From: Anolis carolinensis
Taxonomy: Eukaryota
Length of the DNA stretch: 64,000 nucleotides
Assembly (NCBI RefSeq): GCF_035594765.1
Contig: NC_085844.1
Coordinates: 175,848,107 to 175,912,106, forward strand
Direction of reading: 5' to 3'
Each line of letters starts with the position of its first letter. Positions within the stretch are counted from its first letter, which is position 1. The position numbers and the translations under genes were made by a program. Of the stretch, positions 14,075 through 25,400 are shown piece by piece. The notes beneath the pieces were generated by a model. That model searched no databases and was not told the DNA's origin. It worked only from the letters and a program-made list of their open reading frames with translations.

Positions 14075-15332
14075 TGCCACAGCAGAGATTGCCCAATTCT
14101 CCCTTAGTTCCTGGACGCGGCCGCAGCTCGCCCTAACGACCTGCGGCCGCGTCCAGGAAGGGAGAATTGGGCGATCCCTGCTGTGTGCACGCACACAGCA
14201 GAGATCGCCCAATCCTCCTTTAGTTCCTGGACGCGGCCGCAGCTCGCCCTGGCGACCTGCGGCCGCGTCCAGGAAGGGAGAATTGGGCGATCCCTGCTGT
14301 GTGCACGCACACAGCAGAGATCGCCCAATCCTCCTTTAGTTCCTGGACGCGGCCGCAGCTCGCCCTGGCGACCTGCGGCCGCGTCCAGGAAGGGAGAATT
14401 GGGCGATCCCTGCTGTGTGCACGCACACAGCAGAGATCGCCCAATCCTCCTTTAGTTCCTGGACGCGGCCGCAGCTCGCCCTGGCGACCTGCGGCCGCGT
14501 CCATGAAGGGAGAATTGGGCGATCCCTGCTCTGTGCACGCACACAGCAGAGATCGCCCAATCCTCCTTTAGTTCCTGGGCGCGGCCGCAGCTCGCCCTGG
14601 CGACCTGCGGCCGCGTCCAGGAAGGGAGAATTGGGCGATCCCTGCTGTGTGCACGCACACAGCAGAGATCGCCCAATCCTCCTTTAGTTCCTGGGCGCGG
14701 CCGCAGCGCGCCCTGGCGACCTGCGGCCGCGTCCAGGAAGGGAGAATTGGGCGATCCCTGCTGTGTGCACGCACACAGCAGAGATCGCCCAATCCTCCTT
14801 TAGTTCCTGGACGCGGCCGCAGCTCGCCCTGGCGACCTGCGGCCGCGTCCATGAAGGGAGAATTGGGCGATCCCTGCTCTGTGCACGCACACAGCAGAGA
14901 TCGCCCAATCCTCCTTTAGTTCCTGGGCGCGGCCGCAGCTCGCCCTGGCGACCTGCGGCCGCGTCCAGGAAGGGAGAATTGGGCGATCCCTGCTGTGTGC
15001 ACGCACACAGCAGAGATCGCCCAATCCTCCTTTAGTTCCTGGGCGCGGCCGCAGCTCGCCCTGGCGACCTGCGGCCGCGTCCAGGAAGGGAGAATTGGGC
15101 GATCCCTGCTGTGTGCACGCACACAGCAGAGATCGCCCAATCCTCCTTTAGTTCCTGGACGCGGCCGCAGCTCGCCCTGGCGACCTGCGGCCGCGTCCAG
15201 GAAGGGAGAATTGGGCGATCCCTGCTGTGTGCACGCACACAGCAGAGATTGCCCAATCCTCCTTTAGTTCCTGGACGCGACTGCAGCGCGCCCTGGCGAC
15301 CTGCAGCCGCGTCCAGGAAGGGAGAATTGGGC
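14075..15332. repeat. GC-rich 116-bp tandem array (~11 copies), each unit an imperfect palindrome
   Basis: Unit GCACACAGCAGAGATCGCCCAATCCTCCTTTAGTTCCTGGACGCGGCCGCAGCTCGCCCTGGCGACCTGCGGCCGCGTCCAGGAAGGGAGAATTGGGCGATCCCTGCTGTGTGCAC recurs at 14191, 14307, 14423 ... 15235; the period is also visible in the ORF track. Confidence 0.97.
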
Positions 15333-15344
15333 AAGGAGGAGGCA

Positions 15345-15770
15345 AGTGGACAATATCAACAGAAAGGAGGAAACCATGAAAATGAACAAAATCTGGCAAA
15401 CAGCATTTTAAAACTCTAAAATCAGGACAGTAAATAAAGAAACACACTCTGAAAAAGGGAATTCCAGACATGAAACAACCTGGTAACACCTCCCAACAAA
15501 GGATTCCCACAGGTCGGAATCAGCCAGACCTTGAAGCTGCAAGGCTTTTCACTCTAATCAAGGTGATTAATTGCAACATTCACACTTGCCTCCAACAGAC
15601 AAGAATTCTTTCTCCCACCCTGGACCTTCCACAGATATATAAACCTCTCTTGCTTAGTTTCCAACAGACCTCACAACCTCAGAGGATGCCTGCCATAGAT
15701 GTGGGCGAAACGTCAGGAGAGAATACTTCTGGAACATGGCCACGCAGCCCGAAAGACATACAACAACCCT
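15345..15770 (+). mobile_element. Penelope-like element 3' end / pseudo-LTR fragment
   Basis: Reverse complement of the region downstream of the GIY-YIG ORF at 18476-18910; contains a hammerhead-like motif with CAGAGGA in place of CTGAGGA. Confidence 0.75.
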
Positions 15771-15774
15771 AAAG

Positions 15775-16096
15775 GGCAAATGTTTTTCCCCAGACATTAA
15801 GTCCAGTCATGTCTGATTCTGGGGTTTGGTGCTCATCTCCATTTCTAAGCCAAAGAGCCAGCCTTGTCCGTAGACTCCTCCAAGGTCATGTGGGATGACT
15901 GCATGGAGCGGCATTACCTTCCCGCTGGAGCAGTACCTATTGATGCACTCACATTTGCATGTTTTTAAACTTCTGGGTTGGCAGAAGCTGGGGCTAACAG
16001 TGAGGGCTCACTCTGGTCCCCCAATTCAAATCTGCTGCGGCCTTTCAGTCCAGAATTTCAGCAGCTCAGCGCTTTCACACGCTGTGCCATCAGGGG
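15775..16096 (-). mobile_element. Sauria SINE
   Basis: GGTGCTCATCTCCATTTCTAAGCC...TTACCTTCCCGCTGGAGCAGTACCTATTGAT...CACATTTGCATG matches the recalled Sauria SINE body; reverse copy at 63071-63405. Confidence 0.8.
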
Positions 16097-17314
16097 ATAT
16101 TATTTCCTAAAGGTTGTGAATATACAATATTTCTGATTGTTTTTTTTTGTCTGTTAGAGGCAAGTATGAATGCTGCAATTAGGAAAAATGATAAGGATGT
16201 AAAGACCTTGCAGCTTTAAAGCCTGGCTGTTTCCTCCCTGAGTGAATGTTTTGTTGGGAGGTGTTAGCTGGCCCTGATTGTTTCCTGTCTGGAATTCCCG
16301 TTTTCAGAGTGGTGTTCTATGCGATATGTTATGTGCTTCTGCCGTCTGTGGCCGTGAGAAAACAGAGGATTTACCAGACTTTGATGATGGGAATACTTTG
16401 TTGGGAGGTGTTAGCTGGCCCTGATTGATTCATGACTGGATTTCCCCTGCTTTGCTACACCCATTACAATGGTCCACGCTGGCGTGGCACTTCTGAAGGA
16501 CAAGAGTTCACTTCCTGAGAAAGGAAGTGTCTCTTCTCCTGGGGCTGCGTTCTCCCAAACAAAACTGATCTGAAGCTAGTCCGAAGTCTGAAAAATCTTC
16601 TGAAGAGATATCATGACCAGGAAACCTTTGTGTAGTACTTGTAGACTAGAAATAACAAAAAAATTAAAATTGTTGCAAAGTTTATTAAAATATGTATTTA
16701 TTAAAATGCAAGATTGGTGTTAATTCTATGTAATGTTACTATATGAACATAATGTTGTTAATAAACTTCTGGTTGTAAGGTAAACTCTTTTATCCATTCT
16801 ATTCACCTCTACCTTCTACCTTTTATTTCTCGGTGATTGGGGTTTTTTTTGGGGGGGGGGGGGGCACCAAAATCCTGTTTCGCTTACACTTGAAAATTTC
16901 CTTGGGCCGGCCCTGTACAGTAATTACAACATAACATTACTGCGTATTGAACTACTTTTTCTGTCAAATTTGTTGTATAACATGAAGTTTTGATGCTTAA
17001 TTTTTAAAATCATAACCTAATTTGATGTTTAATAGGCTTTTCCTTGATCAGTCCTTATAATCCAAGATATTCACTTATCCAAGCTTCTGCTGGCCCGTTT
17101 AGCTTGGATAAGTGAGACTCTACTGTATTGGGTTTATGGTTCCCGTCCCCTTGATCAGGTCATGTAAGTGTTATTTATTTCTATAATTGTATTTTTATTT
17201 TGCTTAATAATGTGTTATTATGTTGCTATGTAATGTTTGTGTTGTTTTTATGATTGGAAACCGCCCTGAGTCCCATCCGGGAGATAGGGCGGTATATAAA
17301 TAAAGTTTTTTTTA

Positions 17315-17352
<38 letters not shown>

Positions 17353-17703
17353 CCCCTGTTAGCCTGGGGAGCCCATTGGGTGAGTCCTTGGGCCCTTCCC
17401 AACAGCCCTATATCCCAGAATATCAAGGCAGAAACCCCCACATTATCTGCTTTGAACTGAAATATATGGAAGTATGGACTCAGCTAACCCATTCAAAGCA
17501 GATATTGTGGGATATCGGGCCGTGTGGAAGGGCCCACAAACTCTCAGCCACAAAAAAAAACAAAAAACAAACAAACCATGCTATGTTCACCTTAGGGTAG
17601 CCATATAAGTAACAAACGAAGTACAAAGGGCGCAATAGATGTAGGAAGACTTTGCACGGCCCTTTGAGTCACCCTCAGCTTTTTAAAAAGGAGAGAAACT
17701 CAC

Positions 17704-18060
17704 CCCAGAGGCGCCAGGTTGAGTCTTGAGGAGGAGGAGAGAGGGACCACCACCAGCCAGCCAGCCATTCAGCCTTCGAGGCCAGGGCTTCTTTCCATCT
17801 CCACACAAGAGGCAGCAGCGCCACACACACAGAGAGAGAGAAAGCAGAGTCACGCCCGCCTCCTATTCCCCTGCTTCAAGACTTCTCTCTGAGTCGCTTT
17901 GTGCTCTTTTTTTATGTCCAGACACCACCGAAAGGCGCAAAACCCTGTGCAGAAGTCGTCCCCACTCTCCAGTGCCTTCGTCAGGCACAGAGTCCGCCTG
18001 CACTGCGTGTGGACGAGAAAAAGGGAATGGCGGGGAAGGAGCTCTAGACTCCGCAGAACG
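17704..18060 (-). promoter_or_regulatory. Probable non-coding first exon / CpG-rich promoter region of LRRC42
   Basis: CpG-enriched non-repeat segment with a minus-strand donor (GG|GTGAGT; plus strand actcac|ccc at ~17698-17704). The ATG-bearing LRRC42 exon begins with an acceptor at 10570, so an upstream UTR exon is required. Confidence 0.55.
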
Positions 18061-18100
18061 GATGCAATTTGACACCGCTTCAGCTGCCATGGCGCTAGGG

Positions 18101-18234
18101 CAGGCATGGGCAAACTTGGGCCCTCCAGGTGTTTGGGACTTCAACTCCCACAATTCCTAACAGCCGGTAGGCTGTTAGGAATTGTGGGAGTTGAAGTCCC
18201 AAACACCTGGAGGGCCCAAGTTTGCCCATGCCTG
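18101..18234. mobile_element. 134-bp near-perfect palindromic MITE (hAT-like TIR CAGGCATGGGCAAA)
   Basis: Arms complementary over ~64 bp around a short loop; related copies at ~50005-50132 and ~51663-51792. Confidence 0.85.
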
Positions 18235-18475
18235 CCCTAGAATGAACTGGGCATCCCAAACAGCCATTGACAGCCACGAAAGGCGCCCTTTAATGCTGCT
18301 GCAGAGGAATATCTTTGCTTTCCAAGTGGACAAGACAAACCAGTCAGTTAGCAAAGTGCTGCCCCGTTTCTCTTTTTATTCCCCTCTCCTTTTTTTGACA
18401 TTGTACCACGGTCGTTTTAAAAGTACAGTATATCTTTCTTATGCAACTCTCCAGAGGCTTAAAGTGGTATCAGAC

Positions 18476-19385
18476 TGGGTTGCTGTTCATTTTCCGGGCT
18501 GTATGGCCATGCTCCAGAAGCATTCTCCTCCTGACGTTTCGCCCACCACTATGGCAGGCATTCTCAGAGGTTGTGAGGTCTGTTGGAAACTAGGCAAGTG
18601 GGGTTTATATATCTGTGGAAGGTCCAGGTTGGGAGAAAAGAACTCTGTTTGAGGCAAATGGGAATGTTGCAATTGATCACTTTGATTAGCATTTAATGGC
18701 CCTGCAGATTCCTGGCTGCTTCTTGCCCCAGGAAATCCTTTGTTGGAAGGTGTTAGCTGGCCCTGATTGTTTCCTGTCTGGAATTCCCCTGTTTTCAGAG
18801 GGTTGTTTTTTATTTACTGTCCTGATTCTAGAGTTTGTTTGTTTTTTAATACTGGTAGCCAGATTTTTTTCATTTCCATGGTTTCCTCCTTTCTGTTGAA
18901 ATTGTCCAGATGCTTGTGGATTTCAGTGGCTTCTCTGTGTGGCCTGACACGATGGTTGTTAGAGTGGTCCAGCATTTCTGTGTTCTCAATAAATATGCTG
19001 TGTCCAGGTTGGTTCATCAAGTGCTCTGCTATGGCTGACTTCTCTGGTTGAGTTTGTCTGCAATGCCTTTCATGTTCCTTGATTTGTGTTTGGGCAATGC
19101 TGCTGCATTTGGTGGTCCCTATGTAGACTTGCCCACAGCTGCATGGTATACGGTAGATTCCTGCAGAGGTGAGAGGATCCTTCTTGTCCTTTGCTGAACA
19201 TAGCATTTCTTTGATTTTCTTCGTGGGTCTGTAGATAGTTTGTAAATTGTGTTCCTTCTTCAGCTTCACTATGTGGTCAGTGGTTCCCTTGATGTATGGT
19301 AAGAAGAACACTTTTCCTCTGGGTGAATCTTTGTCTTTACTTTCGGGATTTGTTCTTGGCCTTATAGATCTTCTGATGTCTGTGG
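18476..19385 (-). mobile_element. 5'-truncated Penelope-like retroelement: GIY-YIG endonuclease ORF remnant plus pseudo-LTR
   Basis: ORF 18814..19401 contains LPYIKG...GIYRIPCSCGQVYIGTT...IKEH...SAIAEH...REATEI...NFNR, the characteristic Penelope GIY-YIG domain; pLTR with degenerate hammerhead at ~18528-18570. Confidence 0.9.
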
Positions 19386-19429
19386 CGGTGTCAAACTGCA
19401 CTAGCTCTACAATGTAGTTGCACTCTATA

Positions 19430-20722
19430 GCTGGACCTATACTGCTATATAACCCAATTCAAAGAAGATAATCTGAATTATATATGGCAGTATAGAAGAG
19501 GCCTAATTTATTTTCTGAATCCAGATTATCCACTTTGAATTGGAATAATATGAGTCTACACTGCCATATAATCTAATTCCATACAGATACTCTGGATTCA
19601 GAAACTGGGGGCCCTTCCACAAAACTGAATAAAATCCCACATTATCTGCTTTGAATTGGAATATATGGCAGTATGGACTCAGATAATCCAGTTCAAAGCA
19701 GATATTGTGGGATTTTCTGTCTTGCTATTTAGGATTATATGGCAATGTGAAAGGGCCCTTTGTTATAGGGCAGTGTAGAAGGGGCCAAAGTTGAACTTAT
19801 GTGGACCTATGATGACCCTAAGGCGAATCTGTCACAGGGTCTTCAGGCAAGATTTGTTCAGAAGAGGATTGCCTAATAATAATAATTGGCCAAAGGTAGT
19901 AATAACAGTAACAACAACAATGGTAATTGCACAAAGTTTGCCCAGTGGGTTTCAGGTTAATAATAATAATGACTGCCCAAAGGTAATAACAAAAACAATA
20001 GCCCCAAGGTCGCCCAATAGATTTCAGGGTTGGATGAGAATTTGAACCTTGGTCTATATAATCCAGGTTAAAGCAGAAAACCTGGAATCAAATCCTGGGA
20101 TATAGGACCTGTCTGGGGGCCCTTCCACACAGCCCTATATCCCAGAATATCAAGGCAGAAAATCCCACATTATCTGAGTGTGGACTCACATAACCCAGTT
20201 CAAAGCAGATATTATAGGATTTTCTGCCTTGGTATTCTGGGATATAGGGCTGTGTGGAAGAGATCCCAGACAGGCTCTATATCCCAGGATCTGATTCCAG
20301 GTTTTCTGCTTTAACCTGGATTATATAACTCCACACTGCCACATAATCTGGGATAAACAGAAAACCTAGAATCTGACCCTGGGATATAGGGCCTGTCTGG
20401 AAGGGCCCAGTTTCATTGAACTGACTGGGGCTTTATTCGAAGGCCCCTTCCAAACAGTAATATAACCCAGAATATAAAGGCAGATAATCCACAATATCTG
20501 CTTTGAAGTGGGTTATCTGAGTCCACACTGCCATATAATGTAGTTCAATGTAGATTTTATACAGCTGTGTGGAAAGAGCTTCTACACTGCCATTAAAAAC
20601 CAGATTATCTGCTTTGAACTGGATTATATGGCAGTGTGGACTCATATAGTCCAGTTCAAAGCAGATGATGTGGATGATCTGCTTTGATAATCTGGATTAT
20701 ATGGCAGAGTAGAAGGGGCCTA
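19430..20722. mobile_element. Cluster of nested PIF/Harbinger-like MITEs (TIR GGCCCCTTCCACACAGC / GGGCCCTTCCAGACAGG)
   Basis: Repeated inverted GGATTATATGGCAGTGTGGACTC / CCAGTTCAAAGCAGAT modules; related copies at 1845-2000, 13309-13612, 17390-17535, 25753-25903. Confidence 0.65.
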
Positions 20723-20839
20723 AGTAGAGATGTTCAGGACTGCGATGTATAACCGCATCCACAACCTCCAATATTTGTTCTCTGCTTTATTGATTTATTA
20801 TGTATATGTTTTTGTTTTGGGGGGAAACCAGAGCCACCC

Positions 20840-21092
20840 ACGCACAACAAAGCACCCGCCCCTTCCGTCATTTCCTGCGAGGAGTTACAGAACCGCCCCT
20901 TTCCCCGCCCCTCTCAAGAGGCGCTGACTGGAAATCCTCTTCCGCACCTTGAGCGAGATAGTCCCGCCTCTTCCTGTCCTTCCTTTCCGGGTCCGCAAGG
21001 GTTGCTAAGCAACCGAGCAACTCTCAGGGCGGATGGATGAAGTGAGGGACTCGTTCTAGGCAAACCTGTATGAAGAGTGAGAGGAAGGCGAG
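20840..21092 (+). promoter_or_regulatory. HSPB11/IFT25 CpG promoter with GC boxes, ETS-like TTCCGG and a palindromic RFX X-box GTTGCTAAGCAAC (21001-21013)
   Basis: CCGCCC boxes at ~20855 and ~20905, TTCCGG ~20985, X-box ~80 bp upstream of ATG 21093. Confidence 0.7.
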
Positions 21093-22424
21093 ATGAAGTT
21101 TACAGACTATTGCCTCCGCTCGGAAGGAGCTGAAGTTGTATTGGCAACGTCCAGTGATGAAAAATTTCCCCCCGAAAATATCATTGACGGGTAAGGTTTG
21201 ATCCTGAGCAGAAGTTGTTTGCTGTGTGCCTTCAGTTCAGAAAATGTCTCACTTATGGCGACCCTATTGCTTGGCCATGCCTTCCACGGAGGCTGAATTT
21301 TCGTTTCCTCAAAGTTAGAATCCGAATACATATGATCTTTACTCAAGATGCTTTCCCCATAATATATAGTTCGTTTTGTCAATGTTATTGTTACCCTAGT
21401 AAATAAAATTATTGTATTGTCGAAGACTTTCATGGCCGGAATCACTGGGTTGAGTTTGTATGGCCATGCTCCAGAAGCATTCTCTCCTGATGTTTCTCCT
21501 GCATCTATGGCAGGCATCGTCAAACGTTGTGAAGTCTGTTGGAAACTAGACAAGTGGGGTTTAGGGTGGGAGAAAGAACTGTTGTCTTTCTACCTTGCGG
21601 AATCCTTGGTTGGCCAGTTTGAATAGCAATTAATAGTCTCGGTGTGGCAGGTATGAATGCTGCAATTAGCCACCTTGATTAGCAGTTAATGGCCTTGCAG
21701 CTTCAAAGCCTGGCTGTTTCCTGCCTGGGGGAATCCTTTGTTGGGAGGTGTTAGCAGGCCCTGATTGTTTCCTTTCTGGAATTCCCAATTTCCCTGCTTT
21801 CAGAGTGTTGCTCTTTATTTACTGTCCTGATTTTAGAGATTATATTGTTCTGTATTATTATACCACAGTAATTGTTACATATTATATTTATAATTTTATA
21901 TTATCTGCTTAGAACTGGATTATATGAGGCCCCTTCTATACAGCTGTATAAAATCCACACTGAACTGGATAATATGGCAGTATCGACTCAGGATAATCCA
22001 GTTCAAATCAGATACTGTGGATTATCTGCCTTGGCATCCTGGGTAATATAGCTGTGTGGAAGGGCCTTGAGTCTACACTGCCATATAATCCAGTTCAAAT
22101 TGGATAATTTGTATTTTATAGTGCAGTGTGGATGAGGCCTAAGTGCACTCTTCCTCTGCCCTGGGTACCATTTTGGCTGAGGGTGTTGCTAGGATACGAA
22201 AGGGGCACGGCCTAAAGGCAGGCGGGGGGGGGCTAAAGGCAGCAGAGCTTACCTTTCTAACTGGCAGTTAGTGGGAGAATGGCTCTTTCTCATCCTCTGT
22301 AATTTGGACTATTTTTCTAGATTTTTTTGATTGAAAGACATACCTTGGATGACTATGACTTTTGTGGCCAAATGTGGTGTGGGTTCAGTGGTTTTGCTGT
22401 TTACTCCATAATAAAGTGCCACAT

Positions 22425-22484
<60 letters not shown>

Positions 22485-25400
22485 TAAATATAAATATCAA
22501 TACATTTTATTATCAGGATTATATTCTCTGATTTATATATTATAAGTTGAGGTTGCAGTCCTGTTCTGTCTCCGTGCTTAACTAAAAGAACTGGAAGGCA
22601 CCGTAGCACAAAGGACAGATCAGAGACTATATTTGGCAAATCAAAATGTTTTATTAATAGACAAATTGAACTTCTCTTCGTCTTGGTTGCCGCTATAAAG
22701 TCTCTATAAGGAAACGAAACCTTTGAAGTCTATGCAGTTCTGGATGGTTATTGCCATACACCATAAAGTCCCGACATGACTGGATTCTATTATCTTTGCA
22801 CTGACTTTAATACAATGTTGACATGACTTTATGTATCACTGTATTATACGGCTCTTTAATCTAATTTGAATACAATTCTGATGTGACTTGAATTAATACA
22901 GTTCAGATATGTCTTCAGTTAATAACATTCCGACCTGACGTGAATTTCTGCGCACCTTCTACCTTCCTATGCTTCCTTCCAGAACTAAGCGCTAACTGAC
23001 AAATCCTAACTGACAAAAATAACAGCCATTTCAACGCTAGTACAAGCCAAGGCTAAGCTCTGCCCCTTCAGAACCTTAAAGGGGCAGGGCAGTAGGTTGA
23101 GAGCCTTCTGGTGGCATGACGTCCCAATTACTTGAAAATAGGATGCAATAAACACAGTGGGATCTAGACATATATAAGCATACGTTAGCCGCCATAGGAA
23201 TAAAAATGACAAATTATATCAGAAGACTAACTTGCACACAAAAAAATCCTTTATTGGTTAAGGACTTTATCTGTGTACAGTCAAAATGGAATAACTTAAT
23301 TCTATTCAGTGTGGTTTGAAGATGGACTGTTAGCTATCATACTAATAATATGATGGGGAACGGGCTTTAGCACAGCAGGTTAACCACCAGCTGCAATAAA
23401 TCTTGCTAATCAAAAAGTTGGCAGGTCAAAGCCTGGGTCGAGGGTACTCAGAGGTCTTTTTGCCAGTTCTAAATAGGTAGGAATAAGTCCCAATTTAGTC
23501 ACTTGATCTATTTGTTAGTAAATAGACATAGGCCCAATCTACATTGCCATAGAATGAAGTTTGAAGCTGTATTACATGGTCAATATAGAGTCTTCTAATG
23601 CAGTGTAACCTCATTGAACCACTGCTGTGGTTTTTAACTTTGAAAATGTTTTGATGGAGTTTAACTGTGATTTTTAGTGCTGTTTTAGTGTTTGCATATT
23701 TGTATATTTTAAATTCTATTCTAATGTTTTTATGTCAAGCTGCTTTGAGTCCTCTTTGGGAGAGATAAAGTGGGGTGTTATTATTGTATGGGTCCACCCA
23801 CACGGTATTAATTTTAAAACAGTATGTTGGATATCTTTATTTTTCTACATTTTTCTATCTACAAACTTTATGTGTGGCAGATATGTCTGTAAATATGCAT
23901 CTAACATTATACATTTATAAGGGGTATTTCACTTTGTTTTACTAGACGATCTGACACATTTTGGGCAACAACTGGAATGTTTCCACAAGAATTTATTATT
24001 TCTTTAAATAAATGTGTAACCATAAACAAGCTCACAATCCAGTGCTATTTAGGTAAGTTATATTATACTGCAATATTTAGTGTTGTACCTACAATATGTA
24101 TTAGATTTGCTTTATACTTCTAGAATATAGTTAACTTTATATCAGGAAATGAGCACTTGTGTTTTAATTGTACATTGAGAAATAGCTCTCATTTTCATAA
24201 AATAATTAATTCAGGCCTTGACCTACATTAATTAATACTTGTAAACTTTTCATATCTATTTTAATACCCAAGGAAAAAAATAATCACAACTGAAAGTTAA
24301 AATAATTCTTGCTGTAAATTATACTTTTATCAAAACGATTTAGAAAGTAGTTGTAAGTGTGTGTCCTTGTTATTTATTTATTTATTTATATTTATTTTTC
24401 AAACTTATATGCCGCCACTCCCCTAGGGCTCGGAGCGGCTTACAAAAACCGGCTAAAATCAACAATTTAAAAAACATTTTAAAAACATCTTTAAAAAAAA
24501 CATCTTAAAAACATCCTAAAAGCACCTTTTAAAACATCAGCAACAGAACTCAAAAGCCTGCCGAAACAGGTGTGTCTTACATGCCCTGCGGAAGGCCAAC
24601 AAGTCCCGCAAGGCACGGACTTCAGATGGCAAGGTGTTCCACAGAGATGGCGCCACTACTGAAAAGGCTCTGCGTCTAGTTGCAGTTAGACACAAGGTCT
24701 TAAAACTGGGGACTTCCAGCAGGTCTTGGTCCTCAGAACGGAGGGATCTCTGGGGTTTGTAGGGGGTGAGGCGGTCCCTCAGGTACATCGGCCCTGGACC
24801 ATGTAAGGCCTTGAAGGTAAGCACCATCACTTTGAAAGTGATCCGGTGCTCAATTGGTAACCAGTGCAGGTGCCGTAAGATTGGTGTTATGTGGCATCTT
24901 TCCGGGACTCCCGCAAGGAGCCGGGCAGCTGCATTTTGCACCAATTTGATTATTTTCTTTGCATGTGGTGTTAACCTTCCTTGAATAGGCATAAGTAAAG
25001 TACACCTGAAAATGGGATTTGGTGAGGCCCCATTCCTCTTTGGCAGGAAAGGCTAAAGGCCTTGTAAAACTACAAATCCCAAGGTTTCGTATCATTGAGC
25101 CATGGCAGTTAAAATGGAATCAAACTGCATTCATACTACAATGTAGGTGAACCTTCAGATGTATCACTTTATGTCACTTAATAGTTTTGTAGCTCATATT
25201 TTCATGAATATTGAGAATTTAGTCTTCTGTAAGTACTATTTTGTAATTGATTTTTAAAAGAGCAAGATAGCTGAAGGTATAACTGATATATATTTTTTAA
25301 ATTACTACCTCTAGTGCAAACATTACGGATTGAAAAAAGCATGTCGAAAGAGCCAGTTGATTTTGAACTCTGCATTCAAAAAGGTAATTGTACTTAATAT

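Larger units (their letters stand above)
13984..16915. mobile_element. Non-autonomous composite hAT DNA transposon (2932 bp)
   Basis: TIR CAGGGCCGGC...GCCGGCCCTG; perfect 8-bp TSD TACAGTAA (13976-13983 / 16916-16923); no transposase ORF. Confidence 0.88.
13863..17125. mobile_element. Tc1/mariner-type MITE (TIR CAGTAGAGTCTCACTTATCCAA), split by a hAT insertion
   Basis: Left half 13863-13983 and right half 16916-17125 rejoin into the ~320-bp MITE seen intact at 11325-11647, 43701-44023, 49021-49325 and 62182-62502; TA flanks. Confidence 0.85.

Noticed and set aside
14075-15332. CRISPR array, or a tandem family of small protein genes (many 74-112 aa ORFs)
   Set aside because: Units are contiguous with no unique spacers, there are no cas genes and the context is eukaryotic. 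The ORFs are by-products of a GC-rich 116-bp period that shifts frame each unit.
14075-15332. Ribozyme inside the 116-bp unit
   Set aside because: No CUGANGA/GAAA hammerhead core on either strand and no HDV-like pseudoknot evident by eye; only a simple rod fold is supported.
18814-19401. Host GIY-YIG nuclease gene
   Set aside because: It is the 5'-truncated end of a Penelope element fused to a MITE-derived ATG; no RT and no exon structure.
22553-23170. Possible solo LTR in HSPB11 intron 1
   Set aside because: LTR-like composition and a minus-strand AATAAA, but I could not find matched TG..CA ends with a TSD.
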